Positions 47,239-56,917 of a DNA stretch of 64,000 nt are shown here, piece by piece. Numbering within the stretch: the stretch's first letter is position 1; each line of letters starts with the position of its first letter. The DNA is from an uncultured Gammaproteobacteria bacterium (lineage in GTDB: Bacteria > Patescibacteriota > Microgenomatia > UBA1406 > GWC2-37-13): positions 1,250 to 65,249 of the forward strand of contig CAZSUZ010000001.1 in the NCBI GenBank assembly GCA_964610165.1. The letters run 5' to 3'. The notes below the pieces were generated by a model. The model did no database searches, was not told the DNA's origin, and worked only from the letters and a program-made list of their open reading frames with translations. The position numbers and the translations under genes are program-made.

Positions 47239-48714
47239 ATGGATGATAATCAAAATAAAGAAAAAATGCAACCTTCTGATAATGAAGTACCTCAACCTGT
47301 TCAAGTAGAAGAAGTAGCACCAAATGTAGAATCTCCAGAGCAAATTCAAGGCAGTATCCCACCTGTACCTGGTGAATCACCGGTGTACGCTGAAAGTAGT
47401 AATAAATTTCTTTTTTTTGGAGGTATTGCTGTTTTTTTCATTATTTTATTCGGTAGTATTTATTGGTTTTTCTTAAAAGATAGGCTCTCTTCAGATAACG
47501 TTGTTGATACACCCAAAACTGATGTCACGTTAACATATTGGGGATTATGGGATGAGAAAGAAATATTTGAACCCGTAATACAAGAATATACAAAGCAAAA
47601 TCCTCATGTAACTATTAATTATGAAAAAATGAAGCCAGAAGATTATCGTGAACGATTAATCGCAAGAAGTCAGGCAGGAAATGGACCTGACATTTTTAGA
47701 TTTCACAATACATGGATTCCAGAAATTCAGGAAGTTGTTCAACCGTTACCTTCAGAAATTATGAGTAGTGAAGAGTTTGAAGCAACATTTTATCCAATTC
47801 ATAGTAAAGATTTAAAAATAAATGATAAATATTATGGTATTCCTCTTATGTTGGATGCAATAGTATTAATATATAATGATGGACTACTTACACAAGCTGG
47901 ACTTGTAGAGCCACCAGCAGTTTGGGTTGGAGAAAATGATGTGTTGAGTGCAGTAAATGCATTAACTGTTCGAAATACAAGTGGCGCACTTATTACGTCT
48001 GGAATGGCAATAGGTACTGCAAATAATATAGATCATTTTGGAGAAATATTTGGCATGTTATTACTGTTGAATGGAGGAGATATAAAAGCATTAGATCAAA
48101 CAGAGGCTGCAGAAGCATTGCAACTGTATAGAAGATTCGCAGAAGAAAACTACTGGAACGAAACAATGTCAAATTCTATTCCTTCATTTATTCAGGGAAG
48201 AACAGCAATGATTTTTGGACCAACTTGGCAAGTTGCAGATATTAAATCTCAAAATCCAGAATTAAATGTTCTTGTATCACAGCCTCCAAAAGGATTAGAC
48301 GGCAAAGGGTTATCTATTGCAACATATTGGGTTGAAGGTGTAAATAAATTTAGTAAAAATCAAATAGAGGCATGGAAATTTTTGAAATATTTATCTTCAA
48401 AAGAAAGTGAGTCAAAGTTGTTTGAAGAACAAAGTAAAGTAAGACCATTCGGTGTTGCATATTCAAGAAAAGACATGGGTGAAACATTAAAAGATAATCC
48501 ATATCTATATCCAGTTGTTCAGATGGCAACTGCAAATGAACTTGTTTCTATGCCTGTTGCAGACCGTACTTTAGATAAAGGGCTTAATGATGAAATCTTA
48601 AGTTACCTTGAAAATGCAATTAATCAAACTGCAAATGGTGTCGATTATGGAGCAGCACTTAAAACTGCAAAACAAGGAATAGACTCTGTTATTGAAAGAT
48701 ATAAAATTCAATAA
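47239..48714 (+). CDS. membrane-anchored extracellular solute-binding protein (family 1, sugar-type). No permease is nearby.
   Basis: Pro/Glu-rich N-terminus and a TM. TLTYWGLWDEKE...YTKQNPHVTINYEK, typical SBP_bac_1 pattern. Confidence 0.7.
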   Translation: MDDNQNKEKMQPSDNEVPQPVQVEEVAPNVESPEQIQGSIPPVPGESPVYAESSNKFLFFGGIAVFFIILFGSIYWFFLKDRLSSDNVVDTPKTDVTLTYWGLWDEKEIFEPVIQEYTKQNPHVTINYEKMKPEDYRERLIARSQAGNGPDIFRFHNTWIPEIQEVVQPLPSEIMSSEEFEATFYPIHSKDLKINDKYYGIPLMLDAIVLIYNDGLLTQAGLVEPPAVWVGENDVLSAVNALTVRNTSGALITSGMAIGTANNIDHFGEIFGMLLLLNGGDIKALDQTEAAEALQLYRRFAEENYWNETMSNSIPSFIQGRTAMIFGPTWQVADIKSQNPELNVLVSQPPKGLDGKGLSIATYWVEGVNKFSKNQIEAWKFLKYLSSKESESKLFEEQSKVRPFGVAYSRKDMGETLKDNPYLYPVVQMATANELVSMPVADRTLDKGLNDEILSYLENAINQTANGVDYGAALKTAKQGIDSVIERYKIQ

Positions 48715-48760
48715 TACTTCGCTTTATTTTTATGCAAGAAATTTGATATGATGTTACTGT

Positions 48761-50845
48761 ATGCGACTTTCCATTCCTTTTTTAAAAAAGAAAGAAAAGA
48801 AAATGTACTACTTTTCACTTTATATAACAGATACGTTCATAGCAGGATTTGTTTTGGATATTATTGATGGTAAAGAAACAATCTTAGCAGAGAAAAAAAG
48901 AGCTTTATCTGCTGGTTTTGATAAATTACTAGAAGATACAGATGCTCTTATTTCTGATTTAGAAGTACAGACACATGTTTCTTTGGGAAAAACAATTTTC
49001 TTTTTACATTCCACACTTATTGATCCTTCCACCCATGATATAAAGGAACCATATAAAGGTTATATAAAACATATTTCCAAAGAACTTGAACTTGAGCCAA
49101 TGGGTTATATAGATGTGCAAGAATCTATTGAAGATTACATGAAAAGTAAATCAATCATAAATTGTTTAATAGTTGAACTAAATAAATCTGAAATAGGAAT
49201 ATTTATTTATAAAGGTGGAGCATTGGTACATTCTTCATATAGTGCAAGAACAGAAGATACTGCTGTAGATCTTCAAAATGCTTTAACTGCAGTTCCAGGT
49301 ACACAAGTAATTCCTTCAAAAATGATTATTTATGGAGATTTAGATAATACTAAAGTTGTAACACAAATTGCACAACATAATTGGGATGAAAAAATATTTA
49401 TCCAACATCCAACAATTGAAGCATTAAAAGAAATAGATCTATATCAAACACTTGCTCATTCATTTGCAAAAGAATTAGTTTCAGAAGAAAAAACTGAGGA
49501 AGAAATACCTGTTGTTTCTACTGAAAATACATCTAGTTCATCATTTGGATTTATAGTCGGAGAGGATGTTAATTTGTCAGGAGAAAAACCTGTAGTTCCA
49601 TTAACGCCACAAATTGAACAGCAAAAAACAAGAGATTTTTCCTCAGTTTTTACTCCAGCAATGAATGCGGTATCTTCTTTTTTTAAGTCTTCAAAAAAAG
49701 GAAACGGTTCCCGTAATGGTGTTGTTATTGCAATAAGTATTATTGTTGCATTAGTCGGACTATTTTTAGCTTATGAATATTTCTTTCACAAAGTTACATT
49801 AAAAGTATATGTGCAATCTAAAGATATTGAAAAAGAATTTGAATTTACGTTACCAATTATTGAAGATGGTAATTCTCAAGAAGCTTCACTTATTAAATAC
49901 ATTTCAGTTTTAGATTTTAAAGATGAAAAAAACACAACAGGTACTCGTGAAATTGGTGAAAAAGCAAAAGGTGAAGTTGTTATTCACAATTTTGATAATA
50001 GCGAACGAACACTAGAAAGAGGAACTGCCATAACATATCAAAATTTAACATTCACACTCGATTCAGATGTAAAAGTTGCTTCATCTAGTGGTGTTACAAA
50101 TGAAGGTACAAAACAATCCGGTAAAGCAACCATAGATGTGACAGCAGAAGAAATTGGAGATGAATATAATCTTGCAAAGGGTACACAATTTAAAATTGAC
50201 TCACTTGCTGAATCACTTTTTATTGCAATAGCCAATGAAACATTTACAGGTGGATCTAAAAAGAAAGTTAATACTGTTTCAAAACAAGATATGGATGCAT
50301 TGGAGTTAGCAGTAGAAAAAGAAGCAAAAGCGCAAAGTGGTAAAGTATTATCCGCTCAAATTTCAAAAGATGAAGTCTTAATTTCAAATTTATCAAAAGT
50401 ATCTGTTGCCGATTCAAGCTATTCTAAAGAATTAGGTGAAGAAGCAGACAGTGTAGCAATAGAGGCATCGTCTGAAATTGAGTATTACACAGTAAATAAA
50501 AAAAATTTACTTCAAAAATTAGAGGAAGAATTAAAAGCAGAAGAATCCACAGATTTTTTGCTTGAAGAAAAAAGTATTACTTATACAATAGAAAATGTTG
50601 AAAATGAAAAAGAAGAGGCGACATTAACAGTGAATACAAAAGCAAATTTACATAAAAAAATTGAAACAGATTCGATTAAAAGTAAAGCAACATTAAAACC
50701 TATAGCATCTATGACAGAGCTTCTTAAAGATCAGTTTCCAGTTGAGAAAGTAGAAGTTGAACATGCATCTTCAACAGTACCATTCTTGAATGCTTGGAGT
50801 CCATTATTTACAAAGAATATACAAGTTTTGACGACAGCAAATTGA
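48761..50845 (+). CDS. hypothetical 694-aa bitopic protein: cytoplasmic N-domain, TM, large extracytoplasmic domain
   Basis: TM at GVVIAISIIVALVGLFLAYEYFF, about aa 322-344. The outer part has GEKAKGEVVIHN...GTAI...ATIDVTAEEIGDEYNLAKGTQFKI, which looks beta-rich and baseplate-J-like (weak impression). An alternative start at 48803 (MYYFSLY) is possible. Confidence 0.6.
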   Translation: MRLSIPFLKKKEKKMYYFSLYITDTFIAGFVLDIIDGKETILAEKKRALSAGFDKLLEDTDALISDLEVQTHVSLGKTIFFLHSTLIDPSTHDIKEPYKGYIKHISKELELEPMGYIDVQESIEDYMKSKSIINCLIVELNKSEIGIFIYKGGALVHSSYSARTEDTAVDLQNALTAVPGTQVIPSKMIIYGDLDNTKVVTQIAQHNWDEKIFIQHPTIEALKEIDLYQTLAHSFAKELVSEEKTEEEIPVVSTENTSSSSFGFIVGEDVNLSGEKPVVPLTPQIEQQKTRDFSSVFTPAMNAVSSFFKSSKKGNGSRNGVVIAISIIVALVGLFLAYEYFFHKVTLKVYVQSKDIEKEFEFTLPIIEDGNSQEASLIKYISVLDFKDEKNTTGTREIGEKAKGEVVIHNFDNSERTLERGTAITYQNLTFTLDSDVKVASSSGVTNEGTKQSGKATIDVTAEEIGDEYNLAKGTQFKIDSLAESLFIAIANETFTGGSKKKVNTVSKQDMDALELAVEKEAKAQSGKVLSAQISKDEVLISNLSKVSVADSSYSKELGEEADSVAIEASSEIEYYTVNKKNLLQKLEEELKAEESTDFLLEEKSITYTIENVENEKEEATLTVNTKANLHKKIETDSIKSKATLKPIASMTELLKDQFPVEKVEVEHASSTVPFLNAWSPLFTKNIQVLTTAN

Positions 50846-50846
50846 C

Positions 50847-51593
50847 ATGGCTTTGAAAGTTTATACAAAAGAGTACGAATCGAAAACAAAAAAATTGCTC
50901 AAATTTTTTTCCTATGTAATTCTTATAGTGGGCATTGGAATGATGTTTTGGGCATATTACCCAATGATCTCATTTGAAATATATGCACGTTTTTTTATTA
51001 GAAAAGATACATCTTCCCCTGTTCCAGATTCAGATGAAGCTAGCTCACTTCAACTTGCAAAAAGCGTACATGCAAATGGTAATTTTTACTCAAATAATTT
51101 ACGAGATTTTACTCAAGCAAATGTATGGTTTCCTGTTAAAAATGTACCCGGTGCAAACGATAAAATAGATGTGCAAGAATATTATTTATCTATACCAAAG
51201 TTAAATTTAGAACATTTAAAAGTTACAGTTGGTGGAGAAGATCTTTCGACAAGTTTAGTTCATTATTTACCTACTTCTAAACCAGGACAATACGGAAAAG
51301 TAGCAATTTTTGGACATTCAACACTTCCTCAGTTATATGATAAAACGGATTACAAAACTGTTTTTACGTACTTACCTCAAATGGACGTTGGAGATAATAT
51401 TTCTATTTCTATTGAAGGTAAAGAATATGAATACGAAGTATATGATATGTATATTGTAAAGCCAGACAAGGTTTCAGTACTTGAACAAAACTTTAATGCA
51501 TCTTATATTATGCTTGTAACATGTGTACCACCAGGAACGTATAAAGAACGATTAATTGTTGAGGCAAAATTAAAACAGCACTCTTCATTGTGA
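50847..51593 (+). CDS. sortase-family transpeptidase
   Basis: N-terminal TM. His motif IFGHSTL, Cys motif IMLVTCVPPG, downstream Arg (ERLIVEAKL). Starts 1 nt after the upstream stop. Confidence 0.85.
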   Translation: MALKVYTKEYESKTKKLLKFFSYVILIVGIGMMFWAYYPMISFEIYARFFIRKDTSSPVPDSDEASSLQLAKSVHANGNFYSNNLRDFTQANVWFPVKNVPGANDKIDVQEYYLSIPKLNLEHLKVTVGGEDLSTSLVHYLPTSKPGQYGKVAIFGHSTLPQLYDKTDYKTVFTYLPQMDVGDNISISIEGKEYEYEVYDMYIVKPDKVSVLEQNFNASYIMLVTCVPPGTYKERLIVEAKLKQHSSL

Positions 51594-51626
51594 ATAAATT
51601 CAGCGCTGTTAAAAAGCCTATAGTTT

Positions 51627-51635
51627 TGATACAAT
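51627..51635 (+). promoter_or_regulatory. extended -10 TGaTACAAT 6 nt upstream of the ATG of the second PBP1A
   Basis: tgatacaat, spacer tactgc, ATG at 51642. Confidence 0.5.
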
Positions 51636-51641
51636 TACTGC

Positions 51642-54173
51642 ATGGTAAAGCCTACCACTAACACAACTGCAACATTTTGGAAAAAAGCCATTTCTTTGGT
51701 TCTGTTTTGTGTTATTCAATTAGTAAATATATTAATTTTTATTGGTGAATTAACACAAAAAATTATTCTGTATCCATTTATTTATTCATTTAAGTTTTTT
51801 AAACTCATAATTTTTTCATTCGTAGCAACATTTTCATCTCCACCAGCAGATGATGATAGTATCGAAGATGAGCCAATTATTATAAAAAAAACAATTATTT
51901 CTACGGAGGCATTTACTCCTTTTAAAAAAGAAGTTTTATTTAAATCGTTACGAAAGAAAAAAATAAAAAAAGTATTTAAAAAGACAGTTAGTTTTATTAC
52001 TTCACAGATAGGTTTTATAGTAAGTCAAACAGTTAGAATATGTTGGTCATTTTTAGTACTTATATACTATGCAATAATTCGTTCACCTCTTTATTTTTTT
52101 TATTTTGTAAACGAATTATTTTATTATATTTATTCATTCTTAAAGTCTATTGCTCAAATATTCATTCAATTTTATAAGTTTTTGGTGGGTCCATATTTTA
52201 GATCCTTTTTATACGGTATTGTATTTTGTTTGCTTATTGTAGTTTTATATAATGGCTATCAATTTATAATGGATTTACCTTCACCAAAATCTATAGGAGT
52301 TTTAAATTTTGCTCAATCTACACATTTGTATGATAGAAATGGAAAATTACTATACGAAATTTACCGAGATGTAAATCGTACTTCGATAAATGTAAAAGAG
52401 TTGCCAGCTTATGTTGTACAGGCAACAATCGCTATTGAGGATAAACACTTTTATAATCATAAGGGTGTTTCTTTTTTTGGAGGTATACTCCGAGCAGCTA
52501 AAGATACGTATAAAACTAAAGAGTTGCAAGGTGGTTCTACCATTACTCAGCAATTAGTTAAGAGTGCATTACTTTCTCCAGAACGCACTGTAGAACGAAA
52601 GTTAAAAGAAATTACACTTGCCGTTTGGACAGAACAGATGTATACAAAAGAACAAATAACGGAGATGTATTTAAATCAGGTTCCGTATGGCGGAGCAGCT
52701 TATGGAATAGAAGAAGCATCCAAAGTATATTTTGGCAAAAGCGCTAAGTATTTAACATTAAATGAAGCTGCTTTGCTTGCAGGATTACCACAAGCACCTT
52801 CTTTATATTCACCATTTGTTAATCCAGACGCAGCAGAAAAAAGACGTAATGTTGTTTTGAACAATATGTACGACTTAGGTTATATTTCAAAAAAAGAGAG
52901 AGATACTGCTTTACTTGCCGTAGTAGAAATTCAACCACAAAAAACAAATATTAATGCACCACATTTTGTGTTCTATACCAGAAATGCAATGGAGGAACAG
53001 TATGGCATTAAAATTGTGGAAGAAGGTGGTTTTAAAGTTGTAACTTCTTTAGATTTAGAGATTCAGAAAAAAGCTGAAGAAATTTTAAATGAAGAACTTG
53101 AAAAAATTAAAGATCTTAATGTTTCAAATGGAGGAATTATTGTTTTAAATCCTAAAACAGGTGAGATATTAGCAATGGTTGGTTCTGATAATTATTTTAA
53201 TGAAGTAGATGGTGCATTTAATGTTACAACTGCATTAAGGCAACCTGGTTCTACTCTTAAACCGATGTTATATGCTATGGCATTGGAAAGAGGATTAACC
53301 GCTGCAACCGTTATTGATGATTCACCGATTGTATTTGCAAATCCTGGTGGAGAACCATATATTCCTGTAAATTATGATGGTGCATTTCATGGAAGAGTAA
53401 CAATGCGTTATGCTCTTTCAAATTCTTATAATATTCCAGCTGTAAAAGTGTTAAATATGATGGGTGTTCAACAATTTGTAGATTTTGGAAAAGAAATGGG
53501 TATAGATTCTTGGCAAGATTCTTCTCGATTCGGTTTATCGTTAAGTTTAGGTGGTGGAGAAGTTTCACTTGTGGATTTAGCACAGGTATATAGTGTATTT
53601 GCTACAGGTGGATATCGTATTGAACCTACTCCATTTAAACGTATTGTTGATGATAAAGAACGAGTAATTTATGAATCTACAGGTAGTAATGGTGTTCAAG
53701 TTTTAGATCAAGGTGTTGCTTACATAATTAGTAATATATTAGCTGATAATATAGCTCGTCAACAAACGTTTGGTTTGCAGTCTGCTCTTAATATTCCTGG
53801 GCACAACGTAGCAGTTAAAACAGGTACCACAAATGATAAAAAAGATAATTTAACAATAGGGTACACACCAGAATTTTTAGTTGCAGTTTGGGTTGGTAAT
53901 AATGACAATACACCAATGCATCCAACACTTACATCTGGTATAACGGGTGCTGCTCCAATTTGGAATAGAGTGATGACATATTTAATTGAAGAAAAATCTG
54001 AAGGTATAGAATTTAAAGCGCCAAGTAATGTAGTAGCTAAACCATGTTATGGTGGTGGAAGGAATGAATATTTCTTATTGGGTACAGAAGTACAAGGATA
54101 TTGTTTTGATAGTAATATAAAACCTCGTGAAGAAGTAAAAAAGCAAGAAGCCAGAAATGCAATAGTTCAGTAA
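51642..54173 (+). CDS. class A penicillin-binding protein with a multi-TM N-terminal extension of about 200 aa
   Basis: EDKHFYNHKGV, GGSTITQQL, STLK (SxxK), SYN, KTGTT. These are preceded by several hydrophobic segments and a basic linker. Confidence 0.9.
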   Translation: MVKPTTNTTATFWKKAISLVLFCVIQLVNILIFIGELTQKIILYPFIYSFKFFKLIIFSFVATFSSPPADDDSIEDEPIIIKKTIISTEAFTPFKKEVLFKSLRKKKIKKVFKKTVSFITSQIGFIVSQTVRICWSFLVLIYYAIIRSPLYFFYFVNELFYYIYSFLKSIAQIFIQFYKFLVGPYFRSFLYGIVFCLLIVVLYNGYQFIMDLPSPKSIGVLNFAQSTHLYDRNGKLLYEIYRDVNRTSINVKELPAYVVQATIAIEDKHFYNHKGVSFFGGILRAAKDTYKTKELQGGSTITQQLVKSALLSPERTVERKLKEITLAVWTEQMYTKEQITEMYLNQVPYGGAAYGIEEASKVYFGKSAKYLTLNEAALLAGLPQAPSLYSPFVNPDAAEKRRNVVLNNMYDLGYISKKERDTALLAVVEIQPQKTNINAPHFVFYTRNAMEEQYGIKIVEEGGFKVVTSLDLEIQKKAEEILNEELEKIKDLNVSNGGIIVLNPKTGEILAMVGSDNYFNEVDGAFNVTTALRQPGSTLKPMLYAMALERGLTAATVIDDSPIVFANPGGEPYIPVNYDGAFHGRVTMRYALSNSYNIPAVKVLNMMGVQQFVDFGKEMGIDSWQDSSRFGLSLSLGGGEVSLVDLAQVYSVFATGGYRIEPTPFKRIVDDKERVIYESTGSNGVQVLDQGVAYIISNILADNIARQQTFGLQSALNIPGHNVAVKTGTTNDKKDNLTIGYTPEFLVAVWVGNNDNTPMHPTLTSGITGAAPIWNRVMTYLIEEKSEGIEFKAPSNVVAKPCYGGGRNEYFLLGTEVQGYCFDSNIKPREEVKKQEARNAIVQ

Positions 54174-54193
54174 TTCCTTAACGAACGGTAGGT

Positions 54194-54199
54194 TATAAT
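54194..54199 (+). promoter_or_regulatory. -10 TATAAT 6 nt upstream of the PP-loop gene ATG
   Basis: TATAAT at 54194-54199, spacer atatgt, ATG at 54206. Confidence 0.45.
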
Positions 54200-54205
54200 A
54201 TATGT

Positions 54206-55549
54206 ATGAATTCAACAAAAAAAATATTTGAATTTGTTTCCTATTCTTTTAATACGGATAAGCATACTATTGAATTTACATATTCATTAACAACTCCTGA
54301 ACAAAGTAGAACATTTACCGAAACGCTTGTATTGCCAAATCTGGCAATATCAGTAGTACCAGATGCCCTTCTTGATCAACTTTTGCATACACTACATATT
54401 ATGTTAGGAATAAGTTATTGGAAAACGTATTGTCCTGCAGAAATAAAAATTAATACAAAACCATTAACAAAAGAGCAAGCTGTTTTTTGGAATACAGTAT
54501 ATACAAAAGGTTTAGGTGAGTTTTTTTATAAAAATAAAATAGATTTTAGGAATTTAATTTCATTTCCTTTTATTGAAACTCAAGCATTCCATCCTGTTTC
54601 TTTTCCAAGAAAAAATAGGTCTCTGGTTGGTATTGGAGGAGGTAAAGATTCTATTGTTACTGCAGAATTATTTAAAAAAAACAATAAAGATTTTAGTACC
54701 TTAATTATTGATACACAGCGTGTACATGCTATTTCTGCAGAAATAGCAGACAAAATTGGTAAAGAAACCATCATTATTAAACGACTCGTAGATCCACAAT
54801 TATTTGAACTTAATAAACGTAAAGAAATCTATAATGGTCACATTCCAATTTCTGCTATTTATGCATGTATTGGTATGTTAGCAGCAGTACTTTATGATTA
54901 TTCTTACGTTGTTGTAAGTAATGAACGAAGTGCTAACTATGGTAATACAGAATATTTGGGTGAAACAATTAATCATCAATGGAGTAAAACACTGGAATTT
55001 GAACAGTTATTTCAGGAATATGTAAAATCTTACTTAACACCAGATGCAGTATATTTTTCATTATTACGATCATTATCTGAATTTAAAATTACTCAATTAT
55101 TTTCAGAATATCCAGAATATTTAGGTTCTTTTTCAAGTTGTAATAGAAATTATGCAATTCAAAAAGAGTTGCCTCATGACAAATGGTGTGGTGAATGTCC
55201 TAAATGTGCATTTGTTTTTATTATGCTGTCAGTTTATATTTCGAAAGAAAAACTTCTTTCAATATTTGGGCAGAATTTATTAGATAAAGAATCACTAATT
55301 CATACATATAAGGAATTATTAGGAATTGAAGGTGTAAAACCATTTGAGTGTGTTGGTACGCCAGAAGAAGTTTCTTTAGCTTTTTACAAAACGTATAAAA
55401 AAGGTGAGTATACTAATGCTGTAGTTATGAAGATGTTTGAAGAATATGTATTGAATACAATAAAAAATGTTGAAGAGTTAGAACAGAATGTATTAGTTAA
55501 AGGAGAGAATTTAATACCAGAAGAGTTTAAGTTTATTGTTAATGGTTAA
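54206..55549 (+). CDS. PP-loop (adenine nucleotide alpha-hydrolase-like) protein with CxxCxxC. Candidate MurL-type epimerase.
   Basis: GIGGGKDS (SGGKDS-like PP-loop) and CGECPKC. 447 aa. Directly upstream of murD. Confidence 0.5.
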   Translation: MNSTKKIFEFVSYSFNTDKHTIEFTYSLTTPEQSRTFTETLVLPNLAISVVPDALLDQLLHTLHIMLGISYWKTYCPAEIKINTKPLTKEQAVFWNTVYTKGLGEFFYKNKIDFRNLISFPFIETQAFHPVSFPRKNRSLVGIGGGKDSIVTAELFKKNNKDFSTLIIDTQRVHAISAEIADKIGKETIIIKRLVDPQLFELNKRKEIYNGHIPISAIYACIGMLAAVLYDYSYVVVSNERSANYGNTEYLGETINHQWSKTLEFEQLFQEYVKSYLTPDAVYFSLLRSLSEFKITQLFSEYPEYLGSFSSCNRNYAIQKELPHDKWCGECPKCAFVFIMLSVYISKEKLLSIFGQNLLDKESLIHTYKELLGIEGVKPFECVGTPEEVSLAFYKTYKKGEYTNAVVMKMFEEYVLNTIKNVEELEQNVLVKGENLIPEEFKFIVNG

Positions 55550-55611
55550 TAAGTCTATACTTGATACCATTTTTCTTGGCCTCCAGCGGAGTTAATACCG
55601 CTGAAGTCTCC

Positions 55612-55650
55612 GAAGTCGGCAGAAAAAGGTATCTGCGTTCGACTTATTTT
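55612..55650 (+). terminator. candidate intrinsic terminator, part of a larger structured element between the PP-loop gene and murD
   Basis: aagtcg+gcag (55613-55622) pairs with ctgc (55633-55636) and cgactt (55640-55645). Followed by atttta. Confidence 0.5.
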
Positions 55651-55678
55651 ATTAAAATTAGAGAACGTTATATCTTAT

Positions 55679-56917
55679 ATGAAAATAGAAGAACTTCAAA
55701 ATAAAAAAATTCTTATTGTTGGATATGGAATGGAAGGAAAAGCTACAGAAGAATTTTTAAAAACGAGTATTCCTAATTTAAATTATGCTGTTGTAGATGC
55801 ATCACAAGGTGCAGATTATTTAAAGAATCAGCATGAATTTGATATCGCAATTCGAAGTCCTGGAGTTAATAAAAAAGAAATTAGTATTCCTCATACAACA
55901 GCCACTAACATTTTTTTTGCTAATTTAACTGAACATATTACTATTGGAGTTACAGGTACGAAAGGTAAAAGTACAACTGCTTCTTTAATTGCTCATATTC
56001 TAAAATCTGCAGGAAGGGAAGTACGATTAGTAGGAAATATTGGAAATCCACTTATAACCGAATTACTTCATAAACCAAAAGAAAAAACTATTTATGTTTG
56101 TGAACTTTCTAGTTATCAATTAGATGATATTGCCTATTCACCTCATATTTCTGTAATAGTGAGTTTGTTTCCAGATCATCTTAATTATCATGGTTCTTTA
56201 GAAGCTTATTACAGCGCAAAAAAACATCTTATTATTCATGCACAAAAAGAAGATTTTTATGTATATAATCCATCATTTAAGTTACTTAACGATTGGACAA
56301 AAGATACATTAGCAGAATCAAAACCATACGAAACAGATTTTATACCAAAATCACAGTTATTAGGTGAACACAATAAAGACAATATTCGTGCTGCGATTAC
56401 AGTATGTCGGTTATTTGATATTACAGATCATGAAATAGAACTTGCAGTTGCATCTTTTAAACCATTGCCTCATAGGTTGGAATTAGTTGGTGCATATAAC
56501 GGAATAACATTTTATGATGATGCAATTTCTACAACTCCTGAATCCACAATGGCTGCTTTGCAAGCTATTCCAAATGTAAAAACAATTCTGCTAGGAGGAG
56601 AAAATCGAGGATATAATTTTACAGAATTAGTACAAATGTTAAAACAGTTACAGATTCAGAATATTGTGTTATTTCCAAATAGTGGAGATGCAATTAAAGA
56701 AGAAATAAAAAAAGATTCTGCATATAAACCAGAAATATTAGAAACAAATGACATGGAAAAGGCTGTACAATTTGCATATGCGCATACTCCGGAACAAGGA
56801 GTGTGTTTGTTATCAACTGCTTCCCCAAGCTACAGTGTTTGGAAAAACTTTGAAGAAAAGGGGAACATGTATAAGACTTTTGTAAAACAACTTGCATATG
56901 AAAAAAAGAATTCGTAG
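55679..56917 (+). CDS. murD: UDP-N-acetylmuramoylalanine--glutamate ligase (MurD family)
   Basis: ILIVGYGMEGKA Rossmann-like N-terminus, P-loop GVTGTKGKSTT, Mur ligase C-terminal domain. Confidence 0.88.
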   Translation: MKIEELQNKKILIVGYGMEGKATEEFLKTSIPNLNYAVVDASQGADYLKNQHEFDIAIRSPGVNKKEISIPHTTATNIFFANLTEHITIGVTGTKGKSTTASLIAHILKSAGREVRLVGNIGNPLITELLHKPKEKTIYVCELSSYQLDDIAYSPHISVIVSLFPDHLNYHGSLEAYYSAKKHLIIHAQKEDFYVYNPSFKLLNDWTKDTLAESKPYETDFIPKSQLLGEHNKDNIRAAITVCRLFDITDHEIELAVASFKPLPHRLELVGAYNGITFYDDAISTTPESTMAALQAIPNVKTILLGGENRGYNFTELVQMLKQLQIQNIVLFPNSGDAIKEEIKKDSAYKPEILETNDMEKAVQFAYAHTPEQGVCLLSTASPSYSVWKNFEEKGNMYKTFVKQLAYEKKNS

